Shown in pieces: positions 24,283 through 35,499 of a DNA stretch of 64,000 nucleotides (positions within the stretch are counted from its first letter, which is position 1; the number at the start of each line of letters is the position of its first letter). A program made the translations under genes and the position numbers. Source of the DNA: Mobula hypostoma. Taxonomy: Eukaryota. The notes under the pieces are model-generated. The model saw only the letters and a list, made by a program, of their open reading frames with translations. It searched no databases and was not told the origin of the DNA. Where the stretch lies: positions 15,626,001-15,690,000 of the forward strand of contig NC_086109.1 in the NCBI RefSeq assembly GCF_963921235.1, given 5' to 3'.

Positions 24283-25905
24283 GAGTGGCATGCAAAAGTT
24301 TGGGCACCCCAGTCAAAATTTCTGTTACTGTGAATAGCTAAGCAAGTAAAAGGTGAACTGATTTCCAAAAGGCATAAAGTTAAAGATGACACATTTCTTT
24401 AATATTTTAAGCAAGAAAACTTTTTTATTTCCATCTTTTACAGTTTCAAAATAACAAAAAAGGAAAAGGGCCTGAAGCAAAAGTTCGGGCACCCTGCATG
24501 GTCAGTACTTAGTAACACCCCCTTTGGCAAGTATCATAGCTTGTAAATGCTTTCTGTAGCCAGCTAAGAGTCTTTCAATTCTTGTTTGGGGGATTTTCGC
24601 CCATTCTTCCTTGCAAAAGGCTTCTAGTTCTGTGAGATTCTTGGGCCGTCTTGCATGCACTGCTCTTTTGAGGTCTATCCACAGATTCTCGATGATGTTT
24701 AGGTCGGGGGACTGTGAGGGCCATGGCAAACCCTTCAGCTTGCGCCTCTTGAGGTAGTCCATTGTGGATTTTGAGGTGTGTTTAGGATCATTATCCTGTT
24801 GTAGAAGCCATCCTCTTTTCATCTTCGGCTTTTTTACAGACGGTGTGATGTTTGCTTCCAGAATTTGCCGGTATTTAATTGAATACATTCTTCCCTCTAC
24901 CAGTAAATGTTCCCCGTGCCATTGGCTGCAACACAAGCCCAAAGTATGATCGATCCACCCAGGTGCTTAACAGTTGGAGAGGGGTTCTTTTCATTAAATT
25001 CTGCACCCTTTTTTCTCCAAACATACCTTTGCTCATTGTGGCCAAAAAGTTCCATTCAAAAGGTTCAAAGGAACAGCTAAACAAGCCTGATGCATTTTGG
25101 AAACAAATCCTGTGGACTGATGAAGTTAAAATAGAACTGTTTGGCCACAATGAGCAAAGGTATGTTTGCAGAAAAAAGGGTGCAGAATTTCATGAAAAGA
25201 ACCCCTCTCCAACTGTTAAGCACTGGGGTGGATAGATCATGCTTTGGGCTTGTGTTGTAGCCAGTGGCACGGGGAACATTTACTGGTAGAGGGAAGAATG
25301 TATTCAATTAAATACCGGCAAATTCTGGAAGCAAACATCACACCGTCTGTAAAAAAGCCAAAGATGAAAAGAGGATGGCTTCTACAACAGGATAATGATC
25401 CAAAACACAGCTCAAAATCCACAGTGGTCTACCTCAAGAGGCGCAAGCTGAAGGTTTTGCCATGGCCCTCACAGTTCCCTGACCTAAACATCATTGAGAA
25501 TCTGTGGATAGACCTCAAAAGAGCAGTGCATGCAAGACGGCCCAAGAACCTCACAGAACTAGAAGCCTTTTGCAAAGAAAAATGGGCAAAAATCCCCCAA
25601 GCAAGAATTGAAAGACTCTTAGCTGGCTACAGAAATCGTTTACAAGCTGTGATACTTGCCAGAGGGGGTGTTACTAAGTACTGACCACGCAGGGTGCCCA
25701 AACTCTTCCTTCGGGCCCGTTTCCTTTTTTTGTTACTTTGAAACTGTAAAAGATGGAAATAAAAAAGTTTTCTTGCTTAAAATATTAAAGAAACGTGTCA
25801 TCTTTAACTTTATGCCTTTTGGAAATCAGCTCATCTTTTACTCGCTTAGCTATTCGCAGCAACAGAAATTTTGACCAGGGGTGTCCAAACCTTTGCATGC
25901 CACTG
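24283..25905. mobile_element. Fold-back Tc1 (DD34E, IR/DR type) element made of two inverted right halves
   Basis: TA on both flanks; arms 24283-25056 and 25130-25905 are reverse complements; near-identical 146-aa ORFs 24502-24942(-) and 25244-25684(+) with QDNDPKH and PDLNIIENLW 34 residues apart; WTDE only in the central loop. Confidence 0.95.
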
Positions 25906-28368
25906 TATATAAGATGGAATAAATTGATATACAACATTTAGTTAAATGTACACCAGTATAATGCCACTGGCACTGTCATAAATAATGTGTACTGGGTAGT
26001 AGCAAAGCATTCAGAAGTCTCACAGCCTGGGGGAAGCCATTACCCAGCCTAACCGTCCTCGACTGTCTACATGATGGTAGGGGGTCACGGAGATTGGGAG
26101 GGCCCTGCGAACACAGCAATATGTCCTGGATGGGTGTGTGTGTGTATGGGGCAGGGGGGATGGAAGAGATAGATCGATAGATAGGTAGATAGATAGATAT
26201 ACTTTTTATACTTTATAATAAGTCCCCCTCTTTCAAATTTGGTCTTTCTTCTTTTATGTCTATCCAAGACAATCTCCATACCAGGAGACTGCAGATATTG
26301 TATACATTATTTCACACTTATCCAATGCTGATCTTTAGCCCAACTGATCTATCTTCCTCATTAGCCTTTTTTTCCCACCCCTTTTCGGCCAACCTACCAA
26401 CATATTTTTCTAATGGTTATGTGCTGGCTGCTCACCCATGCAACTTGCACTTAAAGAAATGACGAAGATAAAGATTAGCTTTATTTGTCACAGGTACACC
26501 AAAACATACAGTGCAGTGTGCCCTTTACGTCAACAACGAAGTCTGAATATTTACTGGCGGGGGTGGGCAGGCTACAGGTGTCACCATGCTTCTGCCACAA
26601 CATAGCAGGTCCACAACAGACCCACATGTCTTTGGAATGTGACAGGATATCAGAACACCCAGAGGAAACCAAGGCAGTCATAGGGAAAACGTACACGTTC
26701 CTTCCAGCGGCAGGAATTGATCGCCGATCACTGCCGCTGTAAACCATTACACTAATTGACCATGTGGGAGTGTCCTTGATTATTTATTTACTTGTTGAGA
26801 AACAGCACAGAAACGACCCTTCCAGCCCTTTGAGCTGTGCTATCTGGCAACCCCCTGACTTAACCCTAGCCTAATCGTGAGACAACTTATAATGACCAAT
26901 TCATCTACTGTCTTTGGAAGCAGGAGCACCCGGAGGAAAACCATGCAGTCGTGGGGAGAATGGACAAACTCCTTATAGTAAACGGTGGGAAGTGAAGTCA
27001 GGTTGCTGACACTGTGAAATACTGTGCTAACCACTACTCTCCCGTGCTGCCCATGATGGCTGTTTTCCCAAGACAGTGAACAGTGTAGATAACGTCAATA
27101 GAGGGGACGTTGGATAGTGTGATGGGCTGGCCTTCGTACACAACTCAGCAATTTCTTATGACTTTGGACAGAACGACTGCCATACCAAACTATAATGCAT
27201 CCATAATGGATACTTTTTATGGTGCATCTATAAAAATTGGAGAGAGACATCTGAAACATACCAAACTTTCTTAGCTTCCTGCGGATGTGATCCAATTTCT
27301 TGGCCATAGCATCCACATGGCTGAACCAAGAGCTTGCTTATGTTAGGTTTCAAACTTATACCTGATCAGACTTCTATTTCTTCAGACAATCAAGCACAAG
27401 GCTATTTTCTGGAGTTAAGATAACGTATGGTTAGTTTTCACTGCAAAGATGCATTCTTTTGGAGATCAAAGACTTTGAAAGGTCCTTTGGAGCTTAATCT
27501 TTGAGTCACATAAGGTTATAAGTGACTGAATTACAGCTATAAAATTCCATGTGTCTTTCAGCTTGAAATGTCGTTGAGCTCTGCAAGGAGTGACATTTAA
27601 TGTGAGCAAATGGTTTTGCAAGTGAGAAGTAAATGCAATATTAAATCTTCTTTCAATTTTAAACTGAGTTTGTTTCGATTGGTGCCCGGACGATTGATGA
27701 TACTGATTGCTTAATGAGATCTCTACACTGCCCAAAGGTCAAGTGTATTTCTTTTCCAATATCTCTATATTTATGGGCATAAATGCCCCTTTTACAAAAT
27801 GGTTTTCCCTGGTGTATTTTGCACTGGTTCCTACAAACAATTAGACACAGTGGCAACAAATTTCAAAATTGACAGTAGTTATATAAATTTTTTTTAAAAT
27901 CTGTCAATTCAATTCCCATCAATATAACATGGATTTTAAAATATATGATGCTTTTTTCAGTATGTCCTTCAATATTCATACTTTACGGGGAAGCACAGCA
28001 GTGTAGTGGTCAGCACAACACTTTACAGTACCAGAGACCTGCCACTGCCTGCAAGGAGTTTGTACGTTCCCCCTGTGACCGTGTGGGTTTCCTCTGAGTG
28101 CATTGGTTACCTCCCACAGTCCAAAAATGTACCGTTCAGCATAGCACTGTGGGCCAAAGGGCCTGTACTGTGCTGTAGGTGTTCTATGTTTGATAGTTTA
28201 ATTGGTTACTGTAAATTGTCCCATGATTAGGCTGGGATTAAATTGGGGGATTGCTGGAAGAGAAGGAAGGACCTATTCTGCGCTGTATATTAAGAAAAAG
28301 ATAAGTCTATTTTCAGACATCGCTTTGTAATAATTGCAACTAATTTAAACAAATTAGGTCTTAACTAT

Positions 28369-28550
28369 GCAAACACAAGGAAACCTGCAGATGCTGGAAA
28401 TTCAAGCAACACACATAAAATGCTGGTGGAACGCATTATCTCTTCTTTGAATCAGTCCTGACGAAGGGTCTCGGCCTGAAACGTCGACTGTACCTCTTCC
28501 TATAGATGCTGCCTGGCCTGCTGCGTTCACCAGCATTTTGTGTGTGTTGC
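28369..28550. mobile_element. Penelope-like remnant with inverted termini
   Basis: gcaacacacataaaatgctggtggaacgca is the near reverse complement of tgcgttcaccagcattttgtgtgtgttgc; flanks gtcttaactat / gtcttaattat. Confidence 0.75.
28453..28490 (+). ncRNA. Minimal type I hammerhead ribozyme motif
   Basis: Stem I cagtc/gactg, core CUGACGA, stem II agggtctcggcct, GAAA, palindromic ACGU stem III, GUC cleavage triplet ending at 28485. Confidence 0.8.
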
Positions 28551-28960
28551 TATGTCTTAATTATTGTATGCCCATCTCAGGACTAGTTGAATGTATTTGC
28601 TGTACATTTATTGATCAGTTTTGGACAAAACTTCTTATTTCTTTTAATCATTTAGTTTTTATTCTCACTTTAAGCTGTCCATGTCCATTTGGAGCTGGTA
28701 TGAATTTCTCTTGGACCCGATATACTGCTAGCACACGGAACGTAGTCATAACAGCATAAGATAACCCAGTTTATCTTACAGTCATTATTCTTGTTCATAT
28801 TCTGCAGTCCTCAGCTCATTCATCACTTTCTAACATTTAAGATGATGGACCTTTCCTTCTCACTTTCCTCCCAAGGTCTGCCTTAATATGGTAACTGATA
28901 ATCAATTTGGATTAAGTACCTACTCACTCTGTTCAAGTTAGGGGTGAAATTAATCAAGAG

Positions 28961-29040
28961 CAGGGGTTCCCAACCTGGGGTCCATGGACCCCTCGGTTAA
29001 TGGGAAGAGTCCAAGGCATAGAAAAGTTCGGGAACCCCTG
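28961..29040. mobile_element. 80-bp hAT/Charlie-like MITE
   Basis: TIRs caggggttccc / gggaacccctg; flanks atcaagag / atcttagag resemble a decayed NTCTAGAN-type TSD. Confidence 0.8.
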
Positions 29041-29686
29041 ATCTTAGAGACTAATTTTATCCCTAATTTGAATAGGAGCACATACTTTCAGAAATGGTTA
29101 TTTTCAGAGTTATTACTATGGGTTTAGATTAGTTAAAAGGAAGAAATACAAAACAAGAACAATAAACCAGAGGACATAGACTGAAAATTACTTAAAATGA
29201 ACAAGAAGGGAGACATGGTGTTGCCTCATGAGCTATGATGTTTTGGAATGCAGTTCCTGTAAGGTTGATAGTACAGATTTAGTTTATAAAGGGCACTGGA
29301 TATACACCCAGTGGTCGCCTGTACAAGCTCGGGTTTAATTATCATTTAACTATCCATGAATACCCATGAATATAGCTAAGTGAAACAGTGTTACTCTGGG
29401 GCTAAGGTGCAAAACACAATACCAACAGTCATACACAGCACAACAGACATATAGTGCATACAAGATAGTAGTAAACACACACTCACACAAAAGAAGTATA
29501 TATAGCCCAAGTCCTGTAAATTGATGGTGTGTGGGTGTCATTGGCAAGAACGAGCAGTTCTCAGCAGTATGCAGGTGAATGTAAACACACGTGCATACCA
29601 TGTCTTCCACTGAGTCAACACTGGAGAGCCACACCGATGGGAGGGGCCAGACCTCAATCCAGCATGAGTGCTCCGCCACCAAAGCC

Positions 29687-29863
29687 AAAATCACTTAGTT
29701 CACGTTTCTTCCCCATTCTGATGTTTGCACGGAACAACAAATTAACCTCTTGACCACGTCTGCATGTTTTAATGCATTGAGTTGCTGCCACATGATTGGC
29801 TGGTTAGAGATTTGCATTAACGAGGAGGTGTGCAAATGTACCAAATAAAGTGGCCACTGAGTG
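29687..29863 (-). mobile_element. Family A Tc1 derivative, left-end fragment
   Basis: Ends aataaagtggccactgagtg then TA; body matches 35325-35499. Confidence 0.8.
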
Positions 29864-32343
29864 TATCTATTTGAGTACTTGATTCAGCTACATTCAGAAG
29901 AAGTAACCAACTCAGGTAGAGTACAGGGCTCGGTCTCCGTGGAGAGTACAGTCTGCAAGGAATATTGTACTTCATTTAATTATTTTAACATTTGTTTTAT
30001 TTCACAGGTTGATACTGTTCTCCTGCTCAAATTAATAATCTCTGTGGGGAGCAAAAGAAATTACACAAAATTGTAAAAGTGAAAGGATTACCGTGACATT
30101 TATTGCAACAAGTAAATGTCAAAGATTTCTTATTGAGGTGCATTGTAATTAAATTCAGGCAACATTATACAGCAGAATGAACGATTTTCTGGTAACCTAT
30201 TCAAGACTCCGTACAACCAGGTTCTGTAGTTTAAATTGTTCTTGTCACTCATTAGATTCATCCCTCTTTGCCTAGAGCACCCTGCTCTTACAGATGTTAA
30301 ATAATGTTATGCAGTTTGCAGAGAGAGAGTTATCACCAACATGTCCCTGCCTAGATTTGCTTATTAATTCTTGCACCATTTAAAGACCTTGAAGACATAC
30401 CCGTCAAGTATGCATCTACTCTGAGTGACTGTTCTCCAGCAGCAGGACACAAGCCATTGTGTTTTATTACATGGTAGATTTCCCAGCCACTTCAGTAGCC
30501 TGGGCACCAACAGTCCAATGGAGAGTTGAGGGAGTATCTCACTGTCCAGAGTGACACCTATTAGATAGATTAGGACCCCTCCAACGTTCAGATGTGGTCC
30601 TTAAGTATTCCAAGCTATGATTTTGATAAAGGCTGAAAGATTTATTCCATATCTTCTGGCCATTATCTATCCCTCCGTCAACATCACTACAATGATGTTC
30701 GAACATTACTGTGGTGCTTCTTGAGGAGTTTACAGCACATCAAAGGGTTAACTTTATTCACCAGACACATTTATAGGTGTTAGGAATTTGCTGTGGCTTG
30801 CTAGCACAACATGCACCAAAAAACAACAACAAATATAAGAGTAAATAATTATATTAAAAATTAAGTTAGAGCTTAAAGTACAGATATGGAACAAAATGTG
30901 CATAAATACCAGCATGTATCTGCAATGTAAACAGCATTATAAATATTGGTTTAAAATGTTTACAGTCCAGTACAGAGACGGGGATGGGAGGGTGGCTGAC
31001 CTTAATGATTGATCAGATTGACTGCCCAGGGGAAGACATTTTAAGAAGTCCTAGTTTTAATAGTCTTTCCAGAACTCAGTTTGAAGGGTGGTTAGTCCTG
31101 CCACTTCTTCGCCCTGAACAAATACAAGTCCTGCCGTGATTGTAGACTACAGCCAATGACCTTTACAGCTGACCTGACAGTTTGTTGTAGTTCTTGTATA
31201 TTCTAAGAGGGTGTTGCACCAAACCAGACAGCAATGGCTGATAGCGACATCACATTGACTACTGCCCAAGAGCTCTTCATTGGCTGAAAAGTATTTTGTG
31301 AAGTTCTGAGCTCTTGAAATGTATATGTAAGTACAACAGATATTTTAATGTTCAGATACAATAATTAAACAATAAAAAAGAACCTTATTTTTCAGATGGT
31401 GGGGCTTGCCAGAGTTCCTTATAGCCTATAAAATTATTTTGAAATTTAATGCAGCTTATTCATGCATATAAAGCTCCCACAAACAGCAGTGTGATGGCAA
31501 TTTGATTTAGTAATGTTAGTTGACGGATAAATATTGGCCAGCACACACACAGAATCTCTCGTCGTTTAGCTCTGTGTATGTATGCAGTGCTAATCACTCA
31601 ATCAAAAATTATTATTTTTTAAAGTGCTCTTCCCCATAACGACATTCCACAGTAGCCATTACTTCAGATGGTCAAAAGTATTGTCATTCCCCTGTCATTC
31701 TGTAGAAAGAGTTTTTCTCTCTCTCTCTCTTTACAGTACACAGCATTGAATTTTTGTCTACAGTTGCTCTAGGCACTGACAGATAATTGCTGTCTGGTTT
31801 CAAGTTCAACAAGGTTATCTGATTTAATCAACTGATTATACTCTGAGCTGTGCTGTGTGCAGCTCTGCAGGTTATATATTTGTCTCTTTTACATTTTAAA
31901 TCAGGTATTCCTAGCTGCCACCAAAAATGCATCATTGCCCAGCTAGTAAACTGGCTCATTCTATTCTGAAGCAGATGGTAGCAGCAAGTGTGAACGTCCT
32001 GCACTTCTGCGACAACATCTGCTTGCTGCCAGACCTGTTCTGCATCTCTCCTACTTAGTGTTGGTACAGGGGAGCAACTCAGAGAGTTTTATTCTGACCT
32101 CTAGTGCTTTGTGTGGATTCTGCCTGTTCATGTCTGCATGTGGATTTCTCCTCATCACAAAGACATCGAGATGCTAATTCAGATTCAGATTTATTTATCA
32201 CACATGGTATACATCGAAATATATGGTGAAATTACTCATTTGTGTTAACAACCAACACACCTAAGGGTGTGCTGGGGGCAGCCCACAAGTGTCATTACAC
32301 ATTCTGGCGCCAACAAAATATGCATGCGATATTCAACATAAAA

Positions 32344-32555
32344 GCAGCACAACACACGCAAAATGCTGGAGGAACTCAGCAGGCTAGGCAGTGTCTATGG
32401 AATAATAGTGAACAGTTGACATTTCAAGCCGAGACCCTTCATCAGGAAATGTCGACTCTTTACTCTTTTCCATAGATGTTGCCTGGCCTGCTGAGTTCCT
32501 CCAGCATTTTGTATGTTGCTTCAGGTTTCCAGCATCTGAAGATTTCCTTGTGTTT
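32344..32555. mobile_element. Palindromic Penelope-like remnant with a hammerhead core in the loop
   Basis: About 80-bp arms (32346-32425 / 32446-32520); minus strand reads cctgatgaagggtctcggcttgaaatgtcaactg. Confidence 0.75.
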
Positions 32556-33164
32556 GAGACAGAACAACACAAGTAGTAACAGGACAAAACAAGACAATAA
32601 CAGCAAAATAAGTCTTTTTCCCACTCTCGCATCCTCTCATACACGGATAAGCCTCCAACTCCAAGGCTTGGCCCCAGCTCTCAAACTCACAGATGTCAGG
32701 ATTGCAATCTCCAGTCTCTAGCCTGGACTTGCTGTCTACCTCCAGACTCGTGGATTTCCGTCTTTCACCTTTTGGGCTTTCTACCTCTGGACTTGTCAAG
32801 CTCAGGACTTCGACCTTTGGCTTTGTGCTCTGGACTTTGCTGACCTCTGGGTATCAACCTCAAGATTCACTAATCACGGATGTGACCTTCAGGACTCAAG
32901 ACAAGGACTCGCCAATCAAAATCTTGGCCTTTATACCTCGACCAACTGGACCTTTGGCAGGTTAAAAAGGAGCTTGTTCCAAGTGGGTAGGCGAGTGTTC
33001 GATTCTAGTTCAGCTGATGGGAAAGTGGGGAGGATAAAATGGGGTCAGAGGAGGATTAGTGTAACTCTGGATTCTTGGTGGTTGATGTGGTTTTGCTGTG
33101 CCAAAGGCCTGTTTCTGTGCAGTCTCTCTCTACCACTGCATCTCCACTGCTCTCATAGACACGC

Positions 33165-33583
33165 AGAATCATAGAACACTACAGTGCAGAACAGGCCCTT
33201 TGGCCCAACTAGTCCATGCCAAAATATTAACCTGCCTGGTCTCATTGACCTGCACTCGGACCATAGCCCTCCATACTCCTTCCATCCATATACCTATCCA
33301 GATTTCCCTTAAATGTTGAAACTGAACCCACATCCACCACTTGTGCTGGCAGCTCGTTCCACACTCTCACTACCCTTGGAGTGAAGATGTTATCCTTTAT
33401 GTTCCCCTTAAATGTTCCACCTTTCAGATTTAACCCGTGACTTCTAGTTCTCGTCTCACCCTACCTCAGTGGAAAAAGCCTGCTTGCATTTACCCTAACT
33501 ATACCCCTCATAATTTTGTATACCTCCAGCAAATGTCCCCTCATTATCCTACACTCTAGGCAACAAAGCCCTGACCTATTCAA
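33165..33583 (-). mobile_element. CR1 LINE 3' fragment
   Basis: Collinear with 12918-13322; terminus agaatcatagaacactacag. Confidence 0.75.
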
Positions 33584-34954
33584 AAATGCATTACTCTAAA
33601 ATGCATTTCCAAGAAGACCATTGTTCAAAGCTGCATTTTAAATTCAATCTACAATCCATATTTAGATCTGATGAGTGGTTTCTGTTGAAATTAATATTTG
33701 CTGTATTGTATATCTCCAGAATACGCCCTAATAGATGCTACTTCCAAGGAATTTTGGATCTGTATTCCCAGATCCCTCTGTTCTACCCCATGCTGATGAG
33801 AAACCTATCTGGATCGGAGTTTGGGTATGTTATGGTGTGTGATTCACTTATCAACTCCTAGCTAGTACATGGGAATAGTATGGAGACAGTCAGGACTGCA
33901 GATGCTGCAAAACGGAGCAACAAAATATCTACTGGAGGAATTGCAGGTGGCAGTATTCTAATGCAATAAACAGTCTCATCCAGCAGATTGACTGTTGTAC
34001 TAGAGTATTAGCACCTAAGAGGCAAGTTACTCATGACTGACCATCGCAGACAGCAAGCAAAACGGGCTCTCGTCTCGGATCCTGACACCCTGTCTTTTCA
34101 GTCTCTCGGGGCCAGCGTTTAAATTGCCCAAACAATGGGACAGTGAAAGCCTCCAGCACCCTGGAGAGAGGAGTGAACATCGTGGAGTGCGAGTGAAATC
34201 GGCTCTCACCTCCCATCCAGGTCGATGTTTAAATTGCTGCTGTGCTCTGTGCCCACTAGTATGATGAACTGATTAGCAAGGCTTTGGGCCTACTCCGGGC
34301 TGCGGATCTGAGGGCTCAGTTTGGTTTGGAACGTTGTTATTCAGTTCAATTGTTTGTATGATTTGTGTTTTTTTTCCTTTCTCTTGCGCACCTGGTGTTG
34401 ATCTTTTATTTTACTTTTTTCCATAAATTGGGTTCTTTCGGGTTTCTTGCTTTGTGGCTACCTGTAAGCAAGCCAATCTCAAGGTTGTATAATTTACACA
34501 TTCTCTGATAATAAGTGTACTTTTAACTTTGAACTCTGAATTGGAACTACATCGCAGTTCCTTTAATGCTCTGGGTCTAAGTTCTGGAACTGCCTGTCTC
34601 ATAGCAGCTTGGTTGTACCTAAAACATACCGGCTGCAGCAGTTCAAAATAAACCTCCTATCACGTTCTCATGAGCAATTAGACATTGATCATATATATTG
34701 GCCTTACCACTGATGTTCACAACCTGTGTAGAGTACCTCTGAAAAATAAATGCATCTGCTGCCGTGTTAACTTTCTCCAACAGATGTGGTGAAGCTGGCA
34801 CTTTGACATATTGGTAGATTTCACTATTTAATTGAAAGGCTGGAATAAATGAATATTGCATAATGTTCAACCTGTACAGAAGTTTACACTATTGGCCTTA
34901 TTAACAATACGGCTAAGTACAAGAATGTTGAAAATCTGAGATGAGGAAAATATA

Positions 34955-35499
34955 GACTCAGTGGGAAATCCTGTACTTATTAAAATAAGCATTGAGTGTA
35001 TGTTCATGGTCTTCTGCTGTTGCTGCCTATCCACTTCAGGGTTCGGTGTGTTGTGCATTAAGAGATGCTCGTCTGTACAGCAGTTATTTGAGTTACTGAG
35101 CTATTGTTGCCTTCCTGTCAGCTTAAACCAGTCTGGCTATTCTTCTCTGATCTCTCATTACAAGACGTTTTCACTCATAAAGTGTTTACTCATTGGATTT
35201 TTTTTTTGTTTGCTGCAACATCCTCTGTAAACTCTAGAGATTGCTGTGCAAGGAAATCCCAAGAGATTATTTACTGAGATATTCAAACCATCCCGTCTGG
35301 CAACAACAGTCATTCCACAGTCAAAGTCACTTCGACCATATTTCTTCCCCATTCTGATGTTTGGTCTGAACAACAACTGAACCTCTCTCCCATGTCTGCA
35401 TGCTTTTATGCATTGAGTTGCTGCCAAACAATTGGCTGATTAGATATTTGTATTAACAAGCTGGTGTACAGGTGTACCTAATAAAGTGGCCACTAAGTG
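34955..35499 (-). mobile_element. Family A non-autonomous Tc1 derivative
   Basis: TA flanks; TIR cctaataaagtggccactaagtg; ORF 35158-35427 retains MGKK..SDFDCGM..ARR..LLGF..ISRVYR helix-turn-helix remnant. Confidence 0.85.

Noticed and set aside
25244..25684. Functional transposase gene
   Set aside because: No DNA-binding domain, and a stop plus a frameshift separate the first catalytic Asp from the rest
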